Assembly (NCBI GenBank): GCA_964531275.1
Contig: CAZHDZ010000002.1
Location: forward strand, 122,180-186,179
Direction of reading: 5' to 3'
Source: an uncultured Gammaproteobacteria bacterium
GTDB lineage: Bacteria; Patescibacteriota; Microgenomatia; Levybacterales; GWA1-39-11
DNA length: 64,000 bases
A program made the translations under genes and the position numbers. This document shows positions 1 through 8,251 of the stretch, piece after piece. Within the stretch, counting starts at the first letter, position 1, and every line of letters begins with the position of its first letter. The notes beneath the pieces are model-generated. The model worked only from the letters and a program-made list of their open reading frames with translations. It was not told where the DNA came from and ran no database searches.

Positions 1-420
1 TCCCTTAACAAGCGTAGAGGTTGGGATTTCCTCAATCTGGCCGTCCCTCATAACCTTCGCATTTGGACTTGACATTTTCTTTAAAGACGCAAGGGTCTTT
101 TCTGCCTTATATTCTTGGTAAAACCCAATAATCGCATTAAGAACTATCACTATGCCTATGAGAAAAGCGTCTTTGTAGTCTTGAAGGAAGAGTGACAGCG
201 CAACTGCAGCAATAAGGATATAGATCATAAAACTCGCAAATTGCTTAAAAAATATCTCGAGCGGGGAAATCTTTCTTGGTTCTGGCAATACATTCTCTCC
301 ATCTCGTTCTAGACGTGATTTGGCTTCAGTTTTGGAAAGTCCTGTATCTGGATTGGACTCGAGTTTTTCAAAAATCTGTTTGGGGTTTTGATTGTACGGA
401 AGAAGTGAGGACAGGTCCAT
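1..420 (-). CDS. P-type cation-transporting ATPase, N-terminal part (partial; gene continues beyond window start)
   Basis: Reverse-strand translation from the ATG at 420 reads MDLSSLLPYNQNPKQIFEKLESNPDTGLSKTEAKSRLERDGENVLPEPRKISPLEIFFKQF...IGFYQEYKAEKTLASLKKMSSPNAKVMRDGQ, the classic Cation_ATPase_N / first TM pair of P-type ATPases. It is absent from the ORF track because it has no stop in the window. Confidence 0.6.
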   Translation of the reverse strand, partial: MDLSSLLPYNQNPKQIFEKLESNPDTGLSKTEAKSRLERDGENVLPEPRKISPLEIFFKQFASFMIYILIAAVALSLFLQDYKDAFLIGIVIVLNAIIGFYQEYKAEKTLASLKKMSSPNAKVMRDGQIEEIPTSTLVKG

Positions 421-430
421 TGTTACATTC

Positions 431-632
431 TAGAAGAAAACAACTCTAAAGTAAAAGATTGCCAAGAACTTAAAGCACTCTTTTCTTTAGATAAACAACA
501 CTAAAGTAAAAGATTGCCAAAAACCTAAAGCACTCTTTTCTTTAGATAATCAATACTAAAGTAAAAGATTGCCAAAAACCTAAAGCACTCTTTTCTTTAG
601 ATAATCAATACTAAAGTAAAAGATTGCCAAGA
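431..632. repeat. 55-bp tandem direct repeat, about 3.6 copies (core ctaaagtaaaagattgccaaRaacYtaaagcactcttttctttagataaWcaaYa); each unit carries a ctaaag/ctttag inverted repeat
   Basis: The core ctaaagtaaaagattgccaa recurs at 446, 501, 556 and 611 with a 55-nt period. The array lies in the divergent intergenic region between the P-type ATPase and terC. Confidence 0.8.
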
Positions 633-690
633 ATTTGATATACTCATTTCTTGTGGGTATTCAACGAAATCTTTGATATACTCATTTGTT

Positions 691-1611
691 ATGGATGTAC
701 AAGGAAATCTTCTGATTCTATTCGCGGTAATTATAGTAGCCTTCTTGGCTTTAGATCTTGGATACTTCAACAGGAAAGCACATAAAGTAACACCAAAAGC
801 AGCTCTCATACAGTCAATTTTCTGGGTAGGGGTTTCTATCGCCTTTGCTTTTTTAATAGCAATTTACATGGGGCAAAAAGTTGCGGTCGAATTTATGAGC
901 GCGTACGTCACAGAAAAAATGCTGTCTGTAGATAACCTTTTTGTCATAATGCTTATTTTTAATTTCTTCAAAATTGAGGAGAGATTTCATCATAAGGTAC
1001 TTTTCTGGGGAATTATGGGAGCAATTGTTTTTCGTGCAATTTTTATTCTATTGGGAGCATTTATTATTCATAATTTCAGCTGGGTTCTTTATGTATTCGG
1101 AGCGATACTCGTGTATACAGGTATCAAGTTATTTTCTGACAAAAAGGAAGAACATGTTGATTTCAATAATAATCGCGCGGTAAGAATTACTAGAAAATTT
1201 CTTCCGATAACAAGCGATTACCATAATGGTAAATTTTTTACCAGAAAGAAAGGCAAAATTTTATTCACAGAGCTAGTGCTTATTATCGTACTTGTTGAGG
1301 CTACCGATATTGTTTTTGCTATAGATTCTATTCCTGCTGCATTTGCTATTTCTCAAAATCCTTTCATTGTTTTTACTTCTAATATTTTTGCGATTATGGG
1401 ACTAAGAGCTCTGTTCTTTTTGCTTCAGAATGTTATGGATAAATTTCATCATCTACAGAAAGCTTTATCTTTTATTTTAGTTTTTATTGGTGGAAAGATG
1501 CTGCTAGGAATTTTTCATCTTCATTTAGACTCATTAGTATCTTTCGGGGTTATTATGGCCGCCCTTATTATTTCACTTATTACATCTGTACTTTTCCCCA
1601 AGAAAGTCTAG
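691..1611 (+). CDS. TerC family integral membrane protein
   Basis: ORF track 673..1611 uses a TTG start; the ATG at 691 gives MDVQGNLLILFAVIIVAFLALDLGYF. The protein has multi-TM TerC-like composition and the DxxxD/LSVDNLFV-type motifs typical of TerC/Alx. Confidence 0.7.
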   Translation: MDVQGNLLILFAVIIVAFLALDLGYFNRKAHKVTPKAALIQSIFWVGVSIAFAFLIAIYMGQKVAVEFMSAYVTEKMLSVDNLFVIMLIFNFFKIEERFHHKVLFWGIMGAIVFRAIFILLGAFIIHNFSWVLYVFGAILVYTGIKLFSDKKEEHVDFNNNRAVRITRKFLPITSDYHNGKFFTRKKGKILFTELVLIIVLVEATDIVFAIDSIPAAFAISQNPFIVFTSNIFAIMGLRALFFLLQNVMDKFHHLQKALSFILVFIGGKMLLGIFHLHLDSLVSFGVIMAALIISLITSVLFPKKV

Positions 1612-2168
1612 AGGTAGCTGTCAAAAGGAACTGCTGTCTCTCCTCTAAATACCATTCCTGATGTAGATGAGCCTATTGGTAATGTTGCTAGAGCAACTAC
1701 TTTTGCCGCAACCTCCTCAGGAAGCCTGTCTCCACCTGGGTTCATGTTGGTTTTGACTTTGCCTGGGTCCAGAGCATTTATAAGTACTCCATTGTGTGTT
1801 CTTTTTAATTCGCCTGCTAAAGAAGCTAGATAATAAAGTTCTGCAGCCTTAGACATTCCATATCCAGCCCCTCCTTTTGCACCAACCTCCTCAAGAGCTC
1901 TTTTATAGCTTCCCCAACTTCCAAACATCTGAACAATTCTTCCATAATTTGCTTCTTGCATCGCTGGCAAAACAGCTTGTGTCATATTTACAGAACCCAA
2001 TGTGTTCACTTCAAGCTCCTGTCTTATTACATCTATTGATACTGTAGATGCTTTTACGTTGCGGTCTTCTTGAGGAAATACAACGGCACAGTTAACGAGA
2101 ACATTTGCTCCTCCATTTCTCGCGTAGACCCTTCTTGCCAAGTTCTTTACTGCATGCTTAGTTGTCAA
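1608..2168 (-). CDS. SDR family oxidoreductase, C-terminal portion only (N-terminal Rossmann segment missing; probable gene remnant)
   Basis: 186 aa containing NCAVVFPQED, the YGMSKAA (YxxxK) active-site motif and LINALDPG, but no TGxxxGxG NAD-binding N-terminus. Local GC is clearly higher than the surroundings. Confidence 0.5.
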   Translation of the reverse strand: MTTKHAVKNLARRVYARNGGANVLVNCAVVFPQEDRNVKASTVSIDVIRQELEVNTLGSVNMTQAVLPAMQEANYGRIVQMFGSWGSYKRALEEVGAKGGAGYGMSKAAELYYLASLAGELKRTHNGVLINALDPGKVKTNMNPGGDRLPEEVAAKVVALATLPIGSSTSGMVFRGETAVPFDSYL

Positions 2169-2212
2169 TTATTTTTATATTGATTTGCGGATATTTTGTC
2201 CTGGCGGATGCA

Positions 2213-3334
2213 TTAACTAGTTGCGGGTTTGCTTCCGCTATTGCCCCCAAAGCCAAATCCTTGATCTAGCTTGTTGTTGACACGATTTGATACAAAATCT
2301 CTAAAAACTCCCCGAATTTTACCCGGGATATTGGCTTCATCTGGTTTGTCATATAATCCATCTAGCCCTACAGCTTGCAATACTCCTTCTCCCAGCAAGC
2401 CATATCCTGTGTTTCCGGGCAACACATTTAAAGCCTTAGTTGCTGCACGAGCAGTAGCTCGTTCAACCCATGTCTCATTTGGAGCCCCCAACTCTAACAG
2501 TAATTTACCCAGATTTTTTGTATTGCTCCCAACAGCAGCATGAGAAAGTTTTACAACTTCTTTTTTAAGAGCCGATAAATCACCATCAGACATTGCAAGT
2601 AGCCACCCATCAGCTTTTGCTGACAATTCTGGAACAAGTATATTTCCTGGCAATTTAAAACGTCTTAATGCTTCCCCAACATATGGAATTAGACCAGTAT
2701 TTTGCTCAACTTGCATTGCCGTCATGTCTCTATACCATTTTGTATGCAATGCTTCTCTTACACCTACTCTTCTTACCATTTCTCCTGCCTCCGGGCTTGC
2801 GTCTCTTAAGATCTTATCCTCCAAGTGGTACCAATTACGTGTTAAAAGTTCCTGAGCCATACCAAATGTTGTTAGCTGAACGGGTTTATCACCTGATTCA
2901 TGTATATAATCAAGACTTTGTACTCTAGCTACTTCAGCTTGAATTACGTCTTGAGGAACACCCATCTGCATAAGTATTAGTTGAAAAGGTGTTGAGTGGC
3001 CCTTTTCATCAGGTTCCCAGACATTTCGAGTAAACCTTGTAAGCCAAGGTGCGTTGTGAGCATCTCCTGCTTTTGCAAATTCGTCTGCGTACTGTGTCGT
3101 TGCGCATTCAGTTAATGCAGACAACCAGTTAATATCTTGGAAATCCTTTACTGATATTCCGTTAGGTAGACTATCAAGTGCTGGTGCAATATTTATTCGC
3201 GAAGAAAGATCTAGAAGAACATTCGGTTGCAAAAAACCTGCTGGAGCTGTTGCTTCCAAATGGCTAACATAACCTTCAAGCCCTTGCGCAGTGCTTGTTG
3301 AAGTTGGAGAACCATTGCCTATTATTTCAGACAT
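2213..3334 (-). CDS. hypothetical protein (higher-GC, likely horizontally acquired); function not recognised
   Basis: 373-aa ORF with no motif I can assign. Codon usage and GC differ from the neighbouring AT-rich genes. Confidence 0.45.
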   Translation of the reverse strand: MSEIIGNGSPTSTSTAQGLEGYVSHLEATAPAGFLQPNVLLDLSSRINIAPALDSLPNGISVKDFQDINWLSALTECATTQYADEFAKAGDAHNAPWLTRFTRNVWEPDEKGHSTPFQLILMQMGVPQDVIQAEVARVQSLDYIHESGDKPVQLTTFGMAQELLTRNWYHLEDKILRDASPEAGEMVRRVGVREALHTKWYRDMTAMQVEQNTGLIPYVGEALRRFKLPGNILVPELSAKADGWLLAMSDGDLSALKKEVVKLSHAAVGSNTKNLGKLLLELGAPNETWVERATARAATKALNVLPGNTGYGLLGEGVLQAVGLDGLYDKPDEANIPGKIRGVFRDFVSNRVNNKLDQGFGFGGNSGSKPATS

Positions 3335-3396
3335 AGTATATGTTATCAGATAGATCTCTAGGTAATGAGAATTTTGATATATAATAATTTTTTCAT

Positions 3397-4533
3397 ATGA
3401 ACTACATAGAGGTTATTGATGAGATATTTAGCCAATTCAAAGGGCAAAAGTTTGCTATAAAATTTTGGAATGGCAAAACAATTCAGTATGGTTCCGGAAA
3501 ATCGCCAGCTTTCACTTTAATTTTCAAAGATGAAGTAACGGTTCAGAGATTGCTTGGTCAGGGTTCATTAGGTTTTGGAGAATCCTACATGGATGAGTCC
3601 TTACAGATAGAGGGTGACATTGAAAGCTATCTTCGCATGCGTCACCAATTCAAGCATATAAAGCCTTCTCTTCGTCTTGCCATTGCGCGAATTCTATCCA
3701 ACAAGCCAAGGCATAAAAGTCGCAAAGATCAAATTTCACATCATTACGATTTGGGTAATGATTTTTTTAAATTAATCTTAGACAACACAACCATGATGTA
3801 CTCATCAGCTTTCTATAAAAATGAAAAAGAAAAATTAAATAGTGCTCAAACAAACAAAATAGAATTTATTTGTAAGTGGCTTGATCTACCAAGTAATTCA
3901 CAAGTTCTCGACCTTGGATCCGGTTGGGCAGGATTTGCAAAAATAGCAGCTCAAAAATTTAAGTGGAATGTTATTGGGCTCACATTAAGCCAAGCGCAGC
4001 TTGCCTATTCGCAGGATCTAACTGAAAAAGAAAAATTGCAGAAGAAAGTAGTATTTAAAGAGCAAGATTTTGTAAAAGCTTTACCGTCAAAAAAGTTTGA
4101 TGGAGCGGTAATTATTGAATCTATAGAGCATGTTGGACAAAATAATCTTCAAAAATTCTTTAAGGATGTAGCAAAAGTTCTAAAATCAGGAGCACCTTTT
4201 ATCATTCAGACAACCGGAAGATACGAAATTCACAGAGTAGATAAGTGGACATTGAAGTATGTATTTCCAGGAGGTTATCTTCCAAGTAAGGGAGAGCTGT
4301 TGAAGTATGCTCAGGATGCAGGATTTACTGTCGAGCTTTTCCGCGATGATACAGATGACTACATTCGTACCATGACGATATGGATACAAAATCTGGAAAA
4401 GAATCAAAAGACAATTGAGAAAATGTTTGACAAGTCATTCTATAGACTATGGTATCTATGGATGCATGGAGCAAAAGTTAATTTTGAAATAGGAGACATG
4501 AGTCTTTTTCGAATAAAGTTGCGTCGAGCATAA
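3397..4533 (+). CDS. cyclopropane-fatty-acyl-phospholipid synthase family SAM-dependent methyltransferase
   Basis: HYDLGNDFFKL...MMYSSAFY and the VLDLGSGWAG SAM-binding motif, with overall length typical of the CFA synthase / mycolic acid methyltransferase family. Confidence 0.75.
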   Translation: MNYIEVIDEIFSQFKGQKFAIKFWNGKTIQYGSGKSPAFTLIFKDEVTVQRLLGQGSLGFGESYMDESLQIEGDIESYLRMRHQFKHIKPSLRLAIARILSNKPRHKSRKDQISHHYDLGNDFFKLILDNTTMMYSSAFYKNEKEKLNSAQTNKIEFICKWLDLPSNSQVLDLGSGWAGFAKIAAQKFKWNVIGLTLSQAQLAYSQDLTEKEKLQKKVVFKEQDFVKALPSKKFDGAVIIESIEHVGQNNLQKFFKDVAKVLKSGAPFIIQTTGRYEIHRVDKWTLKYVFPGGYLPSKGELLKYAQDAGFTVELFRDDTDDYIRTMTIWIQNLEKNQKTIEKMFDKSFYRLWYLWMHGAKVNFEIGDMSLFRIKLRRA

Positions 4534-4577
4534 CAAGTGATTGAGAAATGTAAGGATTTACTGTAATAATCAACTAT

Positions 4578-5429
4578 ATGGACCCTCAAGCACAACAGCC
4601 AACAGCTCAACAAAATCCTGTCCCAACCACCGATTCTATTGCTATATCATCTATTCCTGCTGAAATTCCGAAGAAAGTAAAAAGATTTGAACTCTTGATG
4701 TATATTGGAATTGGATTAAGTCTTCTTACTTCGTCGTCATTTTTCCCATTCCTTCTCTTTGGCCTTGGGCTTGTATATTTAACTGTCAGAAAAAAAATAC
4801 CTTGGGCAAGAACAGCCCTGACAGTAGTGGTTGCTTTCGGTGTTTTTTCGACGTTACTGAGCATGGGAGGAATGCTTTACAACTTTAATCTTATTTATCT
4901 TATTGCCTTGCCTACCGCTTTTATTCAGGTTTATGCCATGTGGCTTATTTATTCAAAAGAAGCTAATCAGTGGATCTATGGCGACTATTCATTGCCAGGG
5001 GCAACGCAACCTACTGTTAGTAGAATTTGGCAAAAAACCATCCCGCTTACTAATCTCATCTTTTTAATAATTTCTGCTATTGCTGTTTTTGGTGTGGATT
5101 TTATTATTCTTATTAATTCTTTTGAGCTTCTTCCTTTTTGGATCGAAATGCTAGTAGTATTTGCAGTTTTTATGATCTTTTTTTATCTTGAGAATTACAG
5201 ATTCAAGTCGAAATTTTCAGATTCGTTTTCCTGGGCAGATAACGGTATTTATTCATTAGTACTTATCAGGAATATAATTCTTTTCTTAAATTTCATACCA
5301 TTCATTCAGATTGCAGGTGCATTAGCAACGGCGGTTGGAATCATTCCCTACATTATTATTTATTCAGTCCTAATTAATAAAAGAGACAAGATTGGTGTAG
5401 TTAACGCTTCTACAAATAATTCATTCTAA
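4578..5429 (+). CDS. hypothetical 8-TM membrane protein, paralog A (MDPQ-family)
   Basis: 283 aa with a Q/P-rich N-terminus followed by TM helices. The C-terminal half (LLPFWIEMLVVFAVFMIFFYLENYRFKSKF...LNFIPFIQIAGA) is nearly identical in pattern to the 5881..6786 product. Confidence 0.6.
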   Translation: MDPQAQQPTAQQNPVPTTDSIAISSIPAEIPKKVKRFELLMYIGIGLSLLTSSSFFPFLLFGLGLVYLTVRKKIPWARTALTVVVAFGVFSTLLSMGGMLYNFNLIYLIALPTAFIQVYAMWLIYSKEANQWIYGDYSLPGATQPTVSRIWQKTIPLTNLIFLIISAIAVFGVDFIILINSFELLPFWIEMLVVFAVFMIFFYLENYRFKSKFSDSFSWADNGIYSLVLIRNIILFLNFIPFIQIAGALATAVGIIPYIIIYSVLINKRDKIGVVNASTNNSF

Positions 5430-5516
5430 AACAGTAAATTCATGAAGAATCAATACAAACTAGGTTCATCACAGTCTACCCGTAATGGTTCACTGCGTGA
5501 TATGGTGTCTCCTTAA

Positions 5517-5828
5517 ATGCCAGGAAATATTAAAATTTCCAGAGCCCAAATAATTCTAGGAGTTGTTTTTAATGTTCTAAGTTTTTTGATTTTAATATTA
5601 GCCATTAGGGGAAGTTTTGAGATAAAGGATTATGTAGGGGCGCTTCTTTGGAGTTTGGTCTGGGCAACACCTCTTTTGCTTGGAAAGCTTTTTGTTGCTT
5701 ACTTAGCTATTCGTAAAAACTTAAATACCTTAAGAATTCTGCTGTTGCTTTGGTTCTGCTTGGACATAATCGCTTTTTTGATAGTACTTCTTTATATGGA
5801 CTTTTTCCGTGTGTTGAAGTACTTTTAA
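5517..5828 (+). CDS. truncated paralog of the MDPQ-family membrane protein (N-terminal half only)
   Basis: The 103-aa LLGKLFVAYLAIRKNLNTLRILLLLWFCLDIIAFLIVL aligns to AVGKLVLVHFFLRKRSNVIRILLLGWVCLDMIIVM of the 5881 gene. The conserved C-terminal half is absent. Confidence 0.4.
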   Translation: MPGNIKISRAQIILGVVFNVLSFLILILAIRGSFEIKDYVGALLWSLVWATPLLLGKLFVAYLAIRKNLNTLRILLLLWFCLDIIAFLIVLLYMDFFRVLKYF

Positions 5829-5880
5829 TTTCTTAGCCCAAGAAGTAACTATCTTAGGCAAGCAATGTGTAGTAAATCTA

Positions 5881-6786
5881 ATGGATCCACAGACCCAAAT
5901 TATTCAACAACCTGTCCAACAAAATTTACCAGAAGGTAAGATCCATGCAATGCCTAGAGCTATGATTTTATTCTCATTCTTAATGTATGTGGGTGCATTT
6001 TTGAGTATAGTTGGTCCTCCCATGATGCTTAAGATGTTGGATTCTGGTTTTTACTCTTCAAGAACAAACGATCAGGCATTATTCCTAAGCGCTTTAGTTA
6101 TTGTACCGTTTGCAGTGGGAAAGTTAGTGCTTGTACACTTTTTTTTGAGAAAGAGAAGCAACGTAATAAGAATTTTATTATTAGGGTGGGTTTGCTTGGA
6201 TATGATCATTGTGATGGCAAATTCGCTTGGTAGCGCTGGTAGTTTTATGGCTCCAATGTTCATTCCGTTTCTTGCTCCTCTTGTTCAACTTATTTCACTC
6301 TTTTTTCTTTTCAGTGCCAGCTCTAGAGAATGGTTCATAACAGGGTTTTCTAGTACATCAGAACTTTCGAGGAGGTATTGGTACAAAATTATACCGAAAA
6401 CAAACATTGTATTTCTGGTACTGTCCTGCATCTTAGTATTTGGGCTAGACTTGTTAATCTTATTGTCTTCACCTATGCTTTTTCCTTTTTGGATTGAAAT
6501 GCTTGTCGCTTTTGGAGTCTTTATGGGATTCTTCTATGCGGAATGCTACACCTTTAGATCTAAGTTTTCTCAATCTTATTCAAGCGTTGATATCCCACTG
6601 TACTGCCTAATAGTTCTACGAAATTTTGTTCTATTCCTCAACTTTATTCCTTTAATTCAAATTATTGGTGCTATATTATCTGCAGTGGGTATTTTGCCTT
6701 ATCTTATTGTGTATGTGATATTAATTAGGATTCGAAATAAAGAAACTATGGTTGCGCCAGTAGCTATTCCTCAACCTCAGCCCTAA
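5881..6786 (+). CDS. hypothetical 8-TM membrane protein, paralog B (MDPQ-family)
   Basis: 301 aa; the same start (MDPQTQ) and the same C-terminal FPFWIEMLVAFGVFMGFFY...LNFIPLIQIIGA block as the 4578 gene. Confidence 0.6.
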   Translation: MDPQTQIIQQPVQQNLPEGKIHAMPRAMILFSFLMYVGAFLSIVGPPMMLKMLDSGFYSSRTNDQALFLSALVIVPFAVGKLVLVHFFLRKRSNVIRILLLGWVCLDMIIVMANSLGSAGSFMAPMFIPFLAPLVQLISLFFLFSASSREWFITGFSSTSELSRRYWYKIIPKTNIVFLVLSCILVFGLDLLILLSSPMLFPFWIEMLVAFGVFMGFFYAECYTFRSKFSQSYSSVDIPLYCLIVLRNFVLFLNFIPLIQIIGAILSAVGILPYLIVYVILIRIRNKETMVAPVAIPQPQP

Positions 6787-7493
6787 AGCTTGCTAGCCTT
6801 TGACATTACCAATTCTGCTGCTACTTCAAATTCGTTACGTAATTTGGTAACTTTTACTTTTTTGGGATCTTTAAAGATATCCTTCGGATAAAGCGGCTTA
6901 CCAAAGGCAAAAATAATTTTCTTTTTTCCAGAAAGAATATTTGGGATAGTAAAATGTTCAGTGCCTGAAATTTTGACTGGAATTATTGGCAAACCCGTTT
7001 TGTAGCTTAAGAATGCTACTCCCCCTCTTGCCTTAGGTTTCTTAATATCACGAGTTACCCTGCCATGTGGAAATATACCTACGTTTCTCCCCTCTTTGAG
7101 AATCTGAAGATGATGAGGAAGGGCTCGTTCGTAGTCCTTAAGACCTTTATATGTTGGATATGCGCCAATTAACCTAAAGAAAAAACCTCCATAAAAGAAA
7201 TTTTTCCAGAACCCTAGGTATTTGTAGCTTGCCAAGGAGACATAGATTACTGGAAAATTTTTTGATAAGAACGGCAGAACAGATACCATAAGGAGTGGAT
7301 CCATTTCACTTAGGTGATAAGGCGCAAATATTGCATTGCTCTTGAGTCTTTCAACGTTTTTTATTCCTTTAATTTGAAGCGAGCAAAACAAAATCATAAC
7401 CGTTCTTAGCGGGAGCCAAACTGCTCGTTGAAAAAATATAGGGGAGGTGTATTTGTTCATTTTGAAAATGACTATTGACAGAAGAATTTGCAA
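6783..7493 (-). CDS. lysophospholipid (1-acyl-sn-glycerol-3-phosphate) acyltransferase, PlsC family
   Basis: HxxxxD-type block (APYHLSEMDP) and FPHGRVTRD (the FPEGTR-equivalent) characteristic of PlsC/LPLAT acyltransferases. Confidence 0.6.
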   Translation of the reverse strand: MQILLSIVIFKMNKYTSPIFFQRAVWLPLRTVMILFCSLQIKGIKNVERLKSNAIFAPYHLSEMDPLLMVSVLPFLSKNFPVIYVSLASYKYLGFWKNFFYGGFFFRLIGAYPTYKGLKDYERALPHHLQILKEGRNVGIFPHGRVTRDIKKPKARGGVAFLSYKTGLPIIPVKISGTEHFTIPNILSGKKKIIFAFGKPLYPKDIFKDPKKVKVTKLRNEFEVAAELVMSKASKL

Positions 7494-7514
7494 TGATTAC
7501 ATTTTATATACACC

Positions 7515-8162
7515 ATGAATTTGTTAGTAACATTATTTTTTCTTCAGAACATTATAGTAACAACTCTTCTTGGTTACAAATTCTTTTCTCAAAAAAACCC
7601 AGTATTTAAGAATTTTGGCATTGCCTTATTCCTAAATGCAGTAGCATTTGCTATTTGGTCATATGCAATTATCACCCAAGCCTCAGATCTAGGATTTTAC
7701 GTAACTGCTGGTGCTGCACCATTTATTGGATCCTTAGTTTTTTTAATGTTGGTAAGTGCGCAAAAAGTAAGCGAATCAATGAGAAAGAATCTTGTTATTG
7801 GATCTGCGGTAGTAGGTTTGGTGCTATTTGCTTTAAGAACTTTTGTATATCCATCAGCTCCTTCAATTTCTGAAGAAGGTTTGTTCTTCTTCAACTTACA
7901 CCCGATAATTCAAATGTTGTACGCCTTGGGCTTAGGATTTACTGCCATTCCAGCTATTAGTTTTGTGGCCGCAAAATTTAAAGGCAGATATTCTGCTATT
8001 GTGCGTTACGGATTTCTTTTAGAGGTAATTGGCGGAATTCTGCTTATGACAACATCTAATACATTCATGCTTTATATTTTGGGTTGGGTAATGGGTATTA
8101 CTTATTTTGTCCTGTGTGTTACTCTCGTTTTTAATAAAAAAACTTGGTCTCTATCCAATTAG
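7515..8162 (+). CDS. hypothetical multi-TM membrane protein
   Basis: 215 aa, about 6 hydrophobic helices, no recognisable motif. Confidence 0.45.
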   Translation: MNLLVTLFFLQNIIVTTLLGYKFFSQKNPVFKNFGIALFLNAVAFAIWSYAIITQASDLGFYVTAGAAPFIGSLVFLMLVSAQKVSESMRKNLVIGSAVVGLVLFALRTFVYPSAPSISEEGLFFFNLHPIIQMLYALGLGFTAIPAISFVAAKFKGRYSAIVRYGFLLEVIGGILLMTTSNTFMLYILGWVMGITYFVLCVTLVFNKKTWSLSN

Positions 8163-8224
8163 TATTCTGCCACTCTTCCTCTGCTAGAATAGCATACCTT
8201 TATGAAAGTTCTACATATAGGTTT

Positions 8225-8251
8225 ATGAAAATTTTACTTATACGACTATGA
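8225..8251 (+). other. 8-codon uORF (MKILLIRL) whose TGA overlaps the ATG of the downstream gene (ATGA) and which mimics its N-terminus (MRILLTG)
   Basis: atgaaaattttacttatacgactatga versus the gene start atgagaattttgcttactgga. Confidence 0.35.

Noticed and set aside
431-632. Considered whether the 55-bp tandem array is a CRISPR array.
   Set aside because: Units are contiguous with no unique spacers between them, and there are no cas genes nearby. It is a plain tandem direct repeat.
974-1183. ORF 974..1183 (+), 69 aa.
   Set aside because: It is an alternative frame inside the terC coding region.
2271-2928. Plus-strand ORFs 2271..2543 and 2668..2928.
   Set aside because: They are embedded antisense in the 373-aa minus-strand ORF, have low-complexity Pro/Ser/Leu-rich translations typical of antisense frames in GC-richer DNA, and carry no motifs.
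4539-4544. ATGTAA start-stop hexamers near several gene starts (4539, 23713, 23723, 62501).
   Set aside because: At roughly one-third GC the hexamer is expected about 40 times per strand in 64 kb by chance. It is only flagged where combined with other leader features.
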